Positions 49,119-59,825 of a stretch of DNA of 64,000 nt are shown here, piece by piece (within the stretch, counting starts at the first letter, position 1; each line of letters starts with the position of its first letter). The position numbers and the translations under genes are program-made. The DNA comes from Candidatus Nomurabacteria bacterium. GTDB lineage: Bacteria > Patescibacteriota > Minisyncoccia > Phycocordibacterales > CALRBL01. Location: the NCBI GenBank assembly GCA_963834935.1, contig CAWIDS010000003.1, forward strand, positions 37,999 to 101,998, given 5' to 3'. The notes beneath the pieces are model-generated. The model did no database searches and was not told the origin of the DNA. It saw nothing but the letters and a program-made list of their open reading frames with translations.

Positions 49119-49787
49119 TCAGAGGGCTTCAAAGAAACGGAATGCTTCGCCAATATCATCGCTGTCAAAGAGTGCTGATCCGACAATAAGTTGAGTAGCG
49201 CCCGCAGCAGCAAGAAGAGCGGCACTGCCGACATTTACGCCGCCGTCGACGCTAATCGGCAGCTCCGGATATTTTTTCCTGATGGCTTTTATCCTTTCGA
49301 CGACTTCGGCGTCAAAGGGTTCGCCTTGGAAGCCTATGCGGCGGATTCCCATGAGCTGGACGACCTCGATGTCAGCAGCATAATCATCAAGCGCTTCGAT
49401 CGGTTGATCGAGATGCAAGGCAAGGCCCGCTCCGACTCCGCGTTCTTTCATTGCCTTGAATATGTCCTTTATCTTTTCAATATTGCCGCCGTAGTGGACA
49501 ATGATCCGCGAAGCGCCCGCGTCTATCCATCTCTCGAATTCCCTGCTCGGATTCAGGACCATCAGGTCGATCTCGAAATCGAACTTGTCCCAAAGAGGCA
49601 GTCCATCCTGCTGCGAGAGGATTTCCTCGAATTCCCCCCTATTGCCAGAGTAAGGCCATGACGCGGAACCTGTAAGCCGGCCGTCGCACGCGTCGATCTG
49701 CACTGACCTGACAAGATTCTTCACCCGATGCAGATGGCTGGCAAGATCATCGATATCCTCTGGCAGAATCGCAGGAAGGACTATCAT
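49119..49787 (-). CDS. rpe: Ribulose-phosphate 3-epimerase
   Basis: QIDACDG, IDLMV, GFQG, VDGGV, VGSALF. Confidence 0.9.
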   Translation of the reverse strand: MIVLPAILPEDIDDLASHLHRVKNLVRSVQIDACDGRLTGSASWPYSGNRGEFEEILSQQDGLPLWDKFDFEIDLMVLNPSREFERWIDAGASRIIVHYGGNIEKIKDIFKAMKERGVGAGLALHLDQPIEALDDYAADIEVVQLMGIRRIGFQGEPFDAEVVERIKAIRKKYPELPISVDGGVNVGSAALLAAAGATQLIVGSALFDSDDIGEAFRFFEAL

Positions 49788-50239
49788 ATTTCAGGTTTGC
49801 TATCTATCTTCCGTATGCGCCGGAGGTGCTTCTCTTCATTCGAGAACGGAGTCGCAAGCCAAAGCGAGACGGTATTTTCAGCTTCCTCAGCCGAAATGAA
49901 ACGCGCGCCGAGCGAAAGGATATTAGCGTCATTATGCTCCCGCGAAAGCTCTACTATCTTCATATCGCCGCCGTAATATAGTGCTGCACGCGCACCTCTG
50001 AAGCGATTGGCTGAAATGGCTTCTCCTTGGCCTGAACCGCCGATGATGATTCCCTTCGTGTCGTCGGAGGCTACTGCGATCTTTTCAGCCACCTTGTTTA
50101 TATAATCCGGATAGTCATCGTCCGCAACAAACGAAAACGCCCCGACATCTTCAACATCATACTGAGCATTCTTGAGGAATCCGATGAGTGTTTTTTTTAA
50201 TTCGAAGCCCGCATGGTCTGATCCGATGATTATTTTCAT
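49784..50239 (-). CDS. rpiB: Ribose 5-phosphate isomerase B
   Basis: GSDHAG, DDYP, REHNDANIL. Confidence 0.95.
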   Translation of the reverse strand: MKIIIGSDHAGFELKKTLIGFLKNAQYDVEDVGAFSFVADDDYPDYINKVAEKIAVASDDTKGIIIGGSGQGEAISANRFRGARAALYYGGDMKIVELSREHNDANILSLGARFISAEEAENTVSLWLATPFSNEEKHLRRIRKIDSKPEI

Positions 50240-50274
50240 ATACATATATTATCATATAAGCTATAATAAATTAT

Positions 50275-50565
50275 ATGCAAATCAAACAAGAGATCAGAAA
50301 AGAAATTTTATTAATTCCCTTATCAATATTAATTTCAGGCCTGCTTATCAGCATTGCTATCGTGCTTGGAGCATGGATCACTGCAAAACCCGGCAATTCA
50401 CGGACACCGGCCTATGTCGCCCAGCAGCATCCGCTTCCGCCTAATTACTTGCAGCAGATGCAGCAGAACCAGGCACGTGTGGGCAGCACTACTGCCAACA
50501 TCAGTAATGCCAACCGAACCGTCGTCGGGTCAACCACAAGCATTCCCGCTGCTCAAAAAAGATAG
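50275..50565 (+). CDS. Small membrane protein
   Basis: TM helix, Gln-rich tail; TATAAT-N7-ATG. Confidence 0.65.
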   Translation: MQIKQEIRKEILLIPLSILISGLLISIAIVLGAWITAKPGNSRTPAYVAQQHPLPPNYLQQMQQNQARVGSTTANISNANRTVVGSTTSIPAAQKR

Positions 50566-50577
50566 GCTCTCCTGAAA

Positions 50578-51612
50578 TTATTTTATAAATCCCCCCGTTT
50601 TGATGACATGTTCGAGAAGTGTGTGGGTGTACCCCATTTCGTTGTCATACCATGCAAGCACTTTTACGAGATTGCCTCCGACGACCCGCGTCATGGAAAG
50701 ATCAGCGATCGAGGCGTGCTTGTTGCCGACAATGTCTGAAGAAACGAGATCTTCGGTAGTGACCGTGAAGATATTCGACCAACGGTCGGTTTTGGAGGCT
50801 TCAGTGAGAATTTTATTCACCTCTTCGACAGTAGTATCGCGCTTCGCGATGAAAGTGATGTCGGCAAGCGATCCGGCTACTACCGGCACGCGTACTGAGA
50901 TGCCGTCAAATTTTCCCGCAAGCTCGGTGATGACTTTACCCACGGCTAGAGCGGCGCCAGTGGATGCCGGCACCATGTTCTGCGCTGCAGCTCTTCCCTC
51001 GCGCATGTCTTTCTTTGACGGCCCATCAACTAATGACTGAGATGCAGTGTAAGCATGAGTGGTATTCAGGACCGCCTTTTCGATACCGATCGAATCATTG
51101 AGGATCGAAATGACGGGGCTCGAGGCGTTGGTGGTACACGAGGCGTTCGAGCTAATGATCTTCTCGCTGAGCGTATCGCAATTAATGCTCATGAGGACCA
51201 TTCCTTGAGTAGCATCGGCGGCATCACCTTTAGCAGGAGCGGAAATGACTACTTTTTTCGCGCCAGCGCTGATGTGAGCCTTGGCTTTCTCATAATCAGT
51301 AAAAAGTCCTGTCGATTCCACGACTACGTCGATATCCAAATCCTTCCATGGAAGCTTGTTCGGATCCTTTTCGCTGATGTATTTCACTTCCTTTCCGGCT
51401 ACCACTAGATTTCCGTCCTTTACCGCTATTTCAAAAGGGGTAATTCCATAAACTGAATCGTATTTCAGAAGATAAGCAATATTGTCGATCGAGGTGAGGT
51501 CATTCAAGGCGATCACCTGTATTTCCTCGGGCCTTTCTTCGGCCAATTTCAAAAAAGCCCGTCCGATCCTTCCCGCGCCGTTGATGGCGACTCGCGTGAT
51601 TTTGTTTTGCAT
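50578..51612 (-). CDS. gap: Glyceraldehyde-3-phosphate dehydrogenase type I
   Basis: INGAGRIGR, SNASCTTN, WYDNE. Confidence 0.98.
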   Translation of the reverse strand: MQNKITRVAINGAGRIGRAFLKLAEERPEEIQVIALNDLTSIDNIAYLLKYDSVYGITPFEIAVKDGNLVVAGKEVKYISEKDPNKLPWKDLDIDVVVESTGLFTDYEKAKAHISAGAKKVVISAPAKGDAADATQGMVLMSINCDTLSEKIISSNASCTTNASSPVISILNDSIGIEKAVLNTTHAYTASQSLVDGPSKKDMREGRAAAQNMVPASTGAALAVGKVITELAGKFDGISVRVPVVAGSLADITFIAKRDTTVEEVNKILTEASKTDRWSNIFTVTTEDLVSSDIVGNKHASIADLSMTRVVGGNLVKVLAWYDNEMGYTHTLLEHVIKTGGFIK

Positions 51613-51619
51613 AAGAGCA

Positions 51620-53074
51620 TTATATGCCACTGACCAACTTCTCCGCAAGGATGCGGGTGGTTTCGGGATTGGCTGAGCCTTTTGACTGCTTCATGACCTG
51701 ACCCACGAAGAACATCAGCGCGGAAGCTTTGCCCGCTTTGTAGTCGGCTACCACTGTTGGATTGGCTTCAATCAAAGCCTTGAGCATAGCTTCAAGAGCA
51801 ACATCATCATTCTTCTGCAGAAGGTCGTTCTTTTCAGCGATCGCGCGCGGGCTCCCCCCTTCATTGAACATTATTTTCAGGATGTCTTTTCCGGCGCGCG
51901 AAGAAAGCTCTTTTGCAGCCAGCATGTCGATGAGCTCGGTAAAGTCCCTTTCCCGTATCTTCGAAAGATGTTCGGACGAGCTGGCAAGCGAAATGAGATC
52001 AGAAAGGATGTAATTGGTAGCGAGGCGGACTTTTGCTTTGTCTTGCTTGAGCTCGCCCGACACTTTCTCGAGATACGAAAGAGCGGAAGTATCTCCGACA
52101 AAAAACATGATTTCCTTCTCGGTAAGATCGAAATCTGATTTTAATCGTTCCCTCTTATGCCACGGCAATTCTGGAAGCTCCTTCTTCAATTCCTCGATGC
52201 TGAATTCCTTGAGCTCGGACAGCTTGATTTTGGGGAGGTCGGGATCAGGGAAATAGCGATAATCATGCGAATCTTCCTTCTGGCGCTGCGAATACGTCGC
52301 CTGCTTGCTTTCATTCCAGCCGCGCGTCTCTTGGATGATCTTCTCGTTATTTTCAAGCGCCTCGATATGCCTTTTTACCTCGTATTCTATGGCGCGTTCG
52401 ACGGCGCGGAATGAATTGAGGTTCTTCACTTCCACTTTTGTGCCAAGTTTTTCCTTGGCTATTATATTTGTTTCTTGGCTCCGCCTCGAAACTGAAATAT
52501 TTGCTTCGACGCGCATTTCCCCTTTTTCCATGTTCGCTTCCGCGACGCCAAGCGTCTTCAGGAGCAATTGCAACTCGCGTGCGAAATCGCCCGCTTCCTT
52601 TGCGGAATGGATGGCCGGTTCAGTGACAAGCTCCATCAGCGGCACGCCAGCACGGTTGAAATCAACGAGCGAAAAATCACCTTGATCATGCGAAGAACGT
52701 GCAGTATCTTCTTCAAGATGAATGCGTGTAAGCTCGACACCATTCAGCGAGCCGCCGGAAACAAGAGGATATTTGTACTGGCTGATCTGATAGCCCTTGG
52801 GAATGTCAGGATAGAAATAGTTCTTTCGGTCGAACTCAGTGAAGTCGGCGAGCTTGCTTCCGAGCGCCACCCCGACCTTGAGGACATTTTTCACGGCCTG
52901 CTTATTGATGGTCGGTAGCGTTCCCGGATGGCCCATACAGACAGGGCAGATGTTGCTGTTGGGTTTCAATTCCCCGCTTGTCGCCTCGTTCAGGCACGCG
53001 CAAAACATCTTGGTCTTGGTATTAAGCTCGGCATGAATCTCCAAGCCGATAGTGGTTCTGTAGTTATCCGACAT
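51620..53074 (-). CDS. gatB: Asp/Glu-tRNA amidotransferase subunit B
   Basis: IGLEIH, RKNYFYPD, HLEED, YRYFPDPDL. Confidence 0.98.
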   Translation of the reverse strand: MSDNYRTTIGLEIHAELNTKTKMFCACLNEATSGELKPNSNICPVCMGHPGTLPTINKQAVKNVLKVGVALGSKLADFTEFDRKNYFYPDIPKGYQISQYKYPLVSGGSLNGVELTRIHLEEDTARSSHDQGDFSLVDFNRAGVPLMELVTEPAIHSAKEAGDFARELQLLLKTLGVAEANMEKGEMRVEANISVSRRSQETNIIAKEKLGTKVEVKNLNSFRAVERAIEYEVKRHIEALENNEKIIQETRGWNESKQATYSQRQKEDSHDYRYFPDPDLPKIKLSELKEFSIEELKKELPELPWHKRERLKSDFDLTEKEIMFFVGDTSALSYLEKVSGELKQDKAKVRLATNYILSDLISLASSSEHLSKIRERDFTELIDMLAAKELSSRAGKDILKIMFNEGGSPRAIAEKNDLLQKNDDVALEAMLKALIEANPTVVADYKAGKASALMFFVGQVMKQSKGSANPETTRILAEKLVSGI

Positions 53075-53132
53075 GAAAAGAGTATACAAGAAACGGGCTT
53101 AAATACAAAAAATGGAAATAAAAAAACCCGGA

Positions 53133-53612
53133 TCAATCCGGGTTATCTTGCTCATATTCCATTATCCGCAGCATCGTCATTCCCAAAGAGCAGCCCGCTC
53201 TTTCATTGAGCATCAGTGCTGCAAGAAAGCGCTCGGGAAGAACGAGAACAAGATAACGTTCAGGCAGGATGTTGGCGCCGTCACTAAGAGAGGACTGGCG
53301 CTCTGCCGGGAGGAGCTTTTTGAATTCCACGAATTCATCATCGCTCATCACTTCCGCCCGCGAAAGAGCATCGTCCGCAAAAGGACTGAGCAGCGCCAGA
53401 CCCGCAATCAGATCGGCTCTCGTCGCGACATGATCGAGAAAATAAACATAATCTTTCATCTCGAAATCAATCATATCATTAACATTGATTGGTCCCATAT
53501 CTCCGAAGGCCTCCTTCGGAAGGTGCCAGCCGGTGCTGCTCATCATTGAGTTGGCCTGCCGCAACGTCCTGCGCGGTACGATCACTAAGGGAAATTCCGA
53601 TTGGTTTTTCAT
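53133..53612 (-). CDS. Hypothetical protein
   Basis: ORF with terminator A-run/CCCGGAT...ATCCGGG at 53121-53144. Confidence 0.6.
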   Translation of the reverse strand: MKNQSEFPLVIVPRRTLRQANSMMSSTGWHLPKEAFGDMGPINVNDMIDFEMKDYVYFLDHVATRADLIAGLALLSPFADDALSRAEVMSDDEFVEFKKLLPAERQSSLSDGANILPERYLVLVLPERFLAALMLNERAGCSLGMTMLRIMEYEQDNPD

Positions 53613-53786
53613 AGGTACAGTTAACTTAAACGAGTCTAGCATAATTTAAAAAACGTACCACTCGTGCGGTACATCAGGCTGATTGTAATTCTGAGCGGAT
53701 CACTTGAAAAAACCTGAAAACTCTTCTTCTATCCCCCAGTTTCTTTTGACAAAAAAGGCGGAATATATTAGATTTCTCTCTTAGAT

Positions 53787-53939
53787 ATGTCAAACAGAAA
53801 AGCACAACAGGCACGGGAGACTTACCAATCAACCATCCGGCCCGGAGGCCGAGGACAGAAGCCATCGCTTCACCAGATTGTCGATTCGCGCAAGAATCTC
53901 CAAGCCGTCACCGGCGACAGAAAGAAGGGCCGCTTGTAA
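53787..53939 (+). CDS. Small basic protein, 50 aa (MSNRKAQQARETY...DRKKGRL)
   Basis: Hand-found; TTGACA-N17-TAGATT upstream; CCGCC-acgta-GGCGG-T6 terminator near 53970-53990. Confidence 0.5.
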   Translation: MSNRKAQQARETYQSTIRPGGRGQKPSLHQIVDSRKNLQAVTGDRKKGRL

Positions 53940-54024
53940 GTTCCGCTTCACATTTTTCTTTGTTCAGTCCCCGCCACGTAGGCGGTTTTTTATTTTCTCA
54001 ACCTGAAAATGATATAATAGTCGG

Positions 54025-54978
54025 ATGCAGCCTTCGCGAAAGACTTCTTGGATTCCTTTGCTTCTTCTCATCGCAGTCGTTGGTGCCGGCTTCTATTACA
54101 AAGCCCCGCTGCTCAATCTCGTCCAGACGATCGAGACAAGCTTCCAGCCGAAGCCGTGCGAGAAGCCTATTACCTATTCCGTCGTCAGCTTCGATCCGCG
54201 TTTCGGTTTGAGCAAACAGGATTTTATCAATGACTTGGAACAAGCGGCATCTATCTGGCAAGGAGCGCTCAACCGTCCCCTTCTTCAGTACGTGCAGCAA
54301 GGAGGCGTAGTCAGCGTCAATCTCGTTTACGATCAAAGGCAGGCTTCCACAGTCAAACAGCAGCAGATCAGCACACACATCGACAGCAAGCGCACAGCCT
54401 ATGAATCGCTTAAAGCTGAATTCGATTCGGAAAAAGCGGCCTACGACCAGCAGAAAGCTGACCTTGATGCGAAGATAAGCGCCTATGAATCGCAAAAAAA
54501 CTCTTACCAGCAAGAAGTTGACTACTGGAACAGCCAAGGCGGCGCACAACCAGCGGAGTATGCGAAGCTGCAAGCCGAGAAGCAAAGTCTCGATAACCAG
54601 AATGCGGAGCTGACTGAGGAAGAACAGCGGGTCAACGCATCAGCAGTACAGCTCAACCAAACCGTCACTAATCTTAACGCGATGGTAAAGGATCTCAATC
54701 TCAATGTGGCTACTTATAATTCGGTTGGAGATGCCGTCGGACCAAACTTTGCCGAAGGTGAATATGTCACTGGTCCTTCGGGAAGGATGATAAATATCTA
54801 TCAATATAGCAGCCAGGACAAGCTCATCCGCGTACTTGCTCACGAGATGGGACATGCCCTCGGTCTCCAGCACATCAACAATCCGAGAGCCATCATGTAC
54901 TACTTGAATGAAGGAGTGAATGATCAGCTCACTCAGGACGATATCAATGAATTAAAACAAGTTTGCGGAACCAATTAA
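54025..54978 (+). CDS. Matrixin-family zinc metalloprotease with coiled-coil insert
   Basis: HEMGHALGLQH, Met-turn AIMY. Confidence 0.9.
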   Translation: MQPSRKTSWIPLLLLIAVVGAGFYYKAPLLNLVQTIETSFQPKPCEKPITYSVVSFDPRFGLSKQDFINDLEQAASIWQGALNRPLLQYVQQGGVVSVNLVYDQRQASTVKQQQISTHIDSKRTAYESLKAEFDSEKAAYDQQKADLDAKISAYESQKNSYQQEVDYWNSQGGAQPAEYAKLQAEKQSLDNQNAELTEEEQRVNASAVQLNQTVTNLNAMVKDLNLNVATYNSVGDAVGPNFAEGEYVTGPSGRMINIYQYSSQDKLIRVLAHEMGHALGLQHINNPRAIMYYLNEGVNDQLTQDDINELKQVCGTN

Positions 54979-55031
54979 AGATACTTCAAAAAAGAGTGTT
55001 CCCTTTCTTTTTCTGAATCTTTCCTGACTGA

Positions 55032-55184
55032 TTACGCAATCGGATTCTTTCCGCGAATGATCCTGATGAGGAACATTATAATGGCGATGACGAGAAGGAT
55101 ATGAATGAATCCGCCGAGCACCGGAAAGGCAATGTAGCCGATGAGCCAAAGGATGATAAGTATGACAGCGATGGTAGTAAGCAT
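55032..55184 (-). CDS. lmo0937-family small membrane protein, 50 aa
   Basis: Hand translation MLTTIAVILIILWLIG...GGFIHILLVIAII. Confidence 0.85.
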   Translation of the reverse strand: MLTTIAVILIILWLIGYIAFPVLGGFIHILLVIAIIMFLIRIIRGKNPIA

Positions 55185-55226
55185 TTGATTTATATTAACT
55201 AATAATTCCCTATTATACTCCCGCTG

Positions 55227-56480
55227 CTAATTTTTCAATAGCTGCGCGGCAGCTTCCATCTGCGGATCTCTTCCGGCGGCAATGTCATCGGCAGTAATGT
55301 CGACTGGAAGATCAGGAGTGAGGCCACCGTCCGAGATGGATTTTCCGCTCGGGGTCAGCCATCGGGCAACAGTCACTTTCAAGGCGGTATCGGGGGTGAT
55401 GTTGATGAGTTCCTGGACCGAACCTTTTCCGAATGATTTGGTTCCAACCAATTTCGCCTTGCCGTATTCGCTCAAGGCGCCAGCGAGAATTTCTGATGCA
55501 GACGCCGAACCTCCGTTTATGAGGATAGCGAATTTCAGATTATTATTAAAGATATCATAGCCCTTGCTTCGGGAAATATCCTCAGGCTTTCCGGGTCCGT
55601 AATTCTCCCTGACCACTACCTGGCCTTCAGGCAGGAACCAGCTTGCGATATCAACTGCAGCATCAAGATATCCTCCGGGATTTCCTCGAAGGTCGAGGAT
55701 GAGCTTGTTTGATTTGGAGAGCACGAATTGCCGTAGGGCGTCTCTGAAGAGAACAGGGGAATCGGCGGTGAAGGTGTAAAGGCTGATGACGAATACTCCG
55801 TCCGGCCGCATAGTCGTATCGATAGTCGGAATATTGATAACATCACGAACGATCTTCACATCAAAAGGCTTGTCTTGGCCTCGCTGGATGGTCAAGTCGA
55901 CTGCTGTTCCCTTGGGACCTTTGATGAGATTGATGGCTTCGTCCACTGAGATGCCTGCTGCAACGGTATTATCGATCTTGATGATCTTATCGCCCGGCTG
56001 TATGCCTGCGCGCTCTGCCGGAGTTCCTTTGAGAGCGGAAATGACAGTCAGGATATTATTATTGATACCCACTTCCATTCCGACGCCATCGAAATTGCCG
56101 CTGATCTCGTCCTGGAAATCCTGCGACTCCTGCGGCGTGAAGAATACAGTGTACGGATCTCCGAGAGAGGCAGTCATTCCTTTGATAGCTCCGTAAACGC
56201 GGTCTTGGTCGCTGACTGATTCAGCGCTCGTGGTGGCAGTAGAGCTTGAAATGCCGTGAGTCTTCACATATTTGTCATCAAGGATGTTCCAAACTTTCCA
56301 GAAGATAGAGAAATCGATGTCAGACGGCTTTCCCAGATCCTTGTTCTCGATATTGGCCGTGGTATCGACTGCCAGATGGGATTGAAGTCCGACGTATGTC
56401 CCTATAAAAAAAGAGCCTGTGACCACCATCACTGCCACTATGATCACTCCCACCTTCGAAAGAAATTTATTTTTATGCAT
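55227..56480 (-). CDS. ctpA: S41 carboxyl-terminal processing protease
   Basis: PDZ domain, DLRGNPGG, SASASE, FGKGSVQ. Confidence 0.95.
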   Translation of the reverse strand: MHKNKFLSKVGVIIVAVMVVTGSFFIGTYVGLQSHLAVDTTANIENKDLGKPSDIDFSIFWKVWNILDDKYVKTHGISSSTATTSAESVSDQDRVYGAIKGMTASLGDPYTVFFTPQESQDFQDEISGNFDGVGMEVGINNNILTVISALKGTPAERAGIQPGDKIIKIDNTVAAGISVDEAINLIKGPKGTAVDLTIQRGQDKPFDVKIVRDVINIPTIDTTMRPDGVFVISLYTFTADSPVLFRDALRQFVLSKSNKLILDLRGNPGGYLDAAVDIASWFLPEGQVVVRENYGPGKPEDISRSKGYDIFNNNLKFAILINGGSASASEILAGALSEYGKAKLVGTKSFGKGSVQELINITPDTALKVTVARWLTPSGKSISDGGLTPDLPVDITADDIAAGRDPQMEAAAQLLKN

Positions 56481-56523
56481 GTAGGTACAGTATCTCAAAA
56501 TAGTGTATAATTGTAAAATTAAA

Positions 56524-57777
56524 ATGGAACTGGAAAAAGACGTCATCGCGTATTTACAAAAGCTCGGACCTGGTCTGATCACCGGAGCGGCTGACGATGA
56601 CCCTTCGGGAATCGCTACTTACTCCCAGGCCGGAGCCCAGAAAGGCTTCGGCTACCTGTGGGTCGCGCTCTTCTCTCTTCCTTTCATGGTAGTTGCCCAG
56701 GAAATGTGCGGACGTATCGGCATCGTCACTGACAAAGGCCTTGCAGCGAACATCCGCGAGCATTTTCCGGAATGGCTACTGCTTTTCATCACAGGAATAC
56801 TTTTCGCGGCCAATGCTTTTAATATCGGAGCCGATCTCGGTGCGATGGCTGAAGTGACCAGACTCCTCGCGCCCGCTCTTCCCTTTGCGTTGCTCGTCAT
56901 CGCTTTCACCTTGCTGAGCCTTTACCTGATGATATTCCTGACGTACAAGACCTACACTCGCTATCTGAAGTGGCTGTCGTTCATCCTTTTCACATACATC
57001 ATCACCGCATTCAGCATCCGCCTGCCATGGAAAGAGATCCTTTACAGCACTTTCGTTCCTCATATTGCATTCAATAATGACAGCTTGCTTCTCATTTCAG
57101 CGGTGCTTGGCACAACTATCTCACCCTATCTTTTCTTCTGGCAGACTTCGCAGGAAATCGAAGAGAAGAATCTCAGATCAGCTATTCCTGAGCCGGCTTC
57201 AAGAGACGAGATCAGAAACATGCGCTTCGACACGTGGACAGGAATGTCCATCTCAAATATTGTCATGTTCTTCATCATTACCGTCTGCGCCGCCACTCTT
57301 TTCAGCCATGGCATTACCAACATAAACACCGCGGCTGATGCCGCTGCCGCGCTCAAGCCGCTTGCAGGCAATGCGGCATATTTCCTCTTCGCCCTCGGCG
57401 TCATCGGCGCAGGCCTTCTGGCAGTTCCTGTCCTCGCAGGCTCGTCGTCCTATGCTCTTTCCGAAACTCTCCGTTGGAAGCTTGGCCTGTACCGTAAGAT
57501 GCATGAGGCATATGCTTTTTATGGAGTAATCATCGTTTCGGTTCTCATCGGCCTTTCGCTAAACTTCGTCGGCCTTGATCCAATAAAAGCGCTCATCTAC
57601 TCGGCAGTGGCCAACTGCCTGGTCGCTCCTATCGCGCTCATCTTCGTAGTGAGCCTGAGCAGCAGCAAGAAAATAATGGGAGAATATGCCAACGGCTGGC
57701 TGACAAATGTCCTTGGCTGGTTGACTATTCTCATAATGATCGTTGCGGGCATCGCGACCCTTGTGAGCCTGCTCTGA
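56524..57777 (+). CDS. NRAMP-family divalent metal transporter
   Basis: GPGLITGAADDDPSG, GTTISPY. Confidence 0.92.
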   Translation: MELEKDVIAYLQKLGPGLITGAADDDPSGIATYSQAGAQKGFGYLWVALFSLPFMVVAQEMCGRIGIVTDKGLAANIREHFPEWLLLFITGILFAANAFNIGADLGAMAEVTRLLAPALPFALLVIAFTLLSLYLMIFLTYKTYTRYLKWLSFILFTYIITAFSIRLPWKEILYSTFVPHIAFNNDSLLLISAVLGTTISPYLFFWQTSQEIEEKNLRSAIPEPASRDEIRNMRFDTWTGMSISNIVMFFIITVCAATLFSHGITNINTAADAAAALKPLAGNAAYFLFALGVIGAGLLAVPVLAGSSSYALSETLRWKLGLYRKMHEAYAFYGVIIVSVLIGLSLNFVGLDPIKALIYSAVANCLVAPIALIFVVSLSSSKKIMGEYANGWLTNVLGWLTILIMIVAGIATLVSLL

Positions 57778-57798
57778 TTCGGGGTAAGATGAACGGAC

Positions 57799-59154
57799 AT
57801 GGCAACGCGCATACCTCCTCAAAACATCGATTCTGAAAAAGCATTCCTCGGCTCAATCATGCTGAAGCCCGACAGCATGAATGATATTTTCGATATCATA
57901 AATTCCCAATCGTTCTACGCCGAAAGGCATCGCAATATCTACATCGCCATGGGCGAGCTCTTCCAGAGACAGGAACCGATCGACATCATTTCCCTTTCAT
58001 CGAAGCTCAAGGAAAAAGGCATCATCGACCAAGTCGGCGGAGGAAGCTATCTCGCCGAGCTTGTGAACTTCGTGCCATCTGCGGCAAACCTCACATACTA
58101 CGCAGACATCATCAGAAAAAAGCACATCATGCGCAACCTCATCGAGGCCGGAGAGCATGTGGCTCATCTTGGCTACAATGAAAGCGGCGAGATGGAAGAG
58201 ATTCTCGACCAGGCGGAAAAGAAGATGTTCGAAGTGACTAATTTCTCCTCGACCAACAAATTCATCGAATTGAAAGATACTCTCGGGGACGCATGGGAAC
58301 GCATCGACAAGCTCCACAAGAATCAACATGAGCTCCGCGGCGTGCCGACCGGCTTCCGCGAGCTTGATGACAAGCTTCTAGGCTTCCAGAAATCCGACCT
58401 CATCATCCTCGCTGCCCGGCCTTCCATGGGTAAGACTTCCCTTGCCTTGGACATTGCCCGCAAGACCGCCATCCAGAACAATATACCAGTCGCTATCTTC
58501 TCCCTTGAAATGAGCGCGGCGCAGCTTGTCGACCGAATGCTTGCTGCCGAATCAAACGTCGACTCATGGAAGCTCCGCACCGGCCACGACCTCTCAATCG
58601 AAGATGACTTCATCCGCATCCGAGACGCCATGGACAAGCTGTCCAAAGCCCCTATCTTCATCGACGACCAGCCAGGAAACAATATCCTCAAGATGCGTTC
58701 CATCGCCCGTCGCTTGAAAAATGAGAAAGGTCTCGGCCTGATCATCGTTGACTATCTCCAGCTCATGGCTCCCGTGCAGACGAAGAATTCCGACAGCATG
58801 GTCAACCAGATCACCGAGATTTCCAAGTCGCTCAAGAATCTTGCCCGCGAGCTCGATGTTCCGGTGATAGCCCTTTCGCAGCTCAACCGTGCCGTCGAAG
58901 CTCGCGGAGGCGAACCGCGACTTTCGGATCTTCGAGATTCAGGTTCTATCGAGCAAGATGCCGATGTCGTCATGTTCATCCACCGCGAAGACAAATACAA
59001 CAAGGAGTCGGATCGTCCGAACATCGCCCGCATCATGATCGAGAAGCACCGAAACGGTCCCACCGGCGTCGCCGAGCTTTACTTCAATGCCCAGAAGACT
59101 ACCTTCCAGAGCATCGACAAAAGCCAGCACGGAGGCGACTTCGGCGCATTTTAA
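57799..59154 (+). CDS. dnaB: Replicative DNA helicase
   Basis: ARPSMGKT, DYLQL, SQLNR, DLRDSGSIEQDAD. Confidence 0.99.
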   Translation: MATRIPPQNIDSEKAFLGSIMLKPDSMNDIFDIINSQSFYAERHRNIYIAMGELFQRQEPIDIISLSSKLKEKGIIDQVGGGSYLAELVNFVPSAANLTYYADIIRKKHIMRNLIEAGEHVAHLGYNESGEMEEILDQAEKKMFEVTNFSSTNKFIELKDTLGDAWERIDKLHKNQHELRGVPTGFRELDDKLLGFQKSDLIILAARPSMGKTSLALDIARKTAIQNNIPVAIFSLEMSAAQLVDRMLAAESNVDSWKLRTGHDLSIEDDFIRIRDAMDKLSKAPIFIDDQPGNNILKMRSIARRLKNEKGLGLIIVDYLQLMAPVQTKNSDSMVNQITEISKSLKNLARELDVPVIALSQLNRAVEARGGEPRLSDLRDSGSIEQDADVVMFIHREDKYNKESDRPNIARIMIEKHRNGPTGVAELYFNAQKTTFQSIDKSQHGGDFGAF

Positions 59155-59175
59155 AATTACGATTTGTCTACGACC

Positions 59176-59790
59176 ATGGACCCCATCGACCATCTCTCAC
59201 ATCTTTTAAATGAACTTCCAGGAATCGGCCCTCGGCAAGCGAAACGCCTTGCCTATTTTCTCATTTTGAAATCACAGGAATTCAACGAAGAGCTTTCTGA
59301 TACTATCCGCGAAGTAAAGCTCGGCATCTCCAATTGCACATCCTGCTGCCGCTACATCAGCAAAAAAAATCTTGTCAGTGGACTGTGCTCTATCTGCCGC
59401 GACCAGACCCGCGACCGGAGCCTACTGATGATCGTCTCACGCGATGTCGATCTCCAAAGCATGGAGCGAAGTGGCCTTTTCAAGGGATACTATTTCGTCC
59501 TCGGCGGAAGCGTGCCGGTGCTCGACAAGGCTCCACAGGATTCGATCAGGCTCAAAGAGCTCATCTCTAAGATCGACAAGGAAAAAGAAAACCTGAAGGA
59601 GATAATCCTTGCTCACAACCAGAACCCAGAAGGCGAACACACTGCCCGCGTCATTTCAGAAGCTCTTGATGACCTCAAGGCAGCTGCACAATTCAAGATC
59701 TCCCATCTCGGTCGCGGCCTTTCGACAGGGACCGAGCTCGAATACTCCGACAATGAAACATTGCGCAATGCCTTGAAAAATCGCGGATAG
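59176..59790 (+). CDS. recR: Recombination protein RecR
   Basis: LPGIGPRQA, C4 zinc finger, Toprim EGE, ELEY. Confidence 0.95.
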   Translation: MDPIDHLSHLLNELPGIGPRQAKRLAYFLILKSQEFNEELSDTIREVKLGISNCTSCCRYISKKNLVSGLCSICRDQTRDRSLLMIVSRDVDLQSMERSGLFKGYYFVLGGSVPVLDKAPQDSIRLKELISKIDKEKENLKEIILAHNQNPEGEHTARVISEALDDLKAAAQFKISHLGRGLSTGTELEYSDNETLRNALKNRG

Positions 59791-59825
59791 TAAGCTACGA
59801 TAGCGGCGATTGTACCTTCTTATTT

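Noticed and set aside
57799-59154. Intein in DnaB
   Set aside because: 451 aa is normal length and the motifs are contiguous
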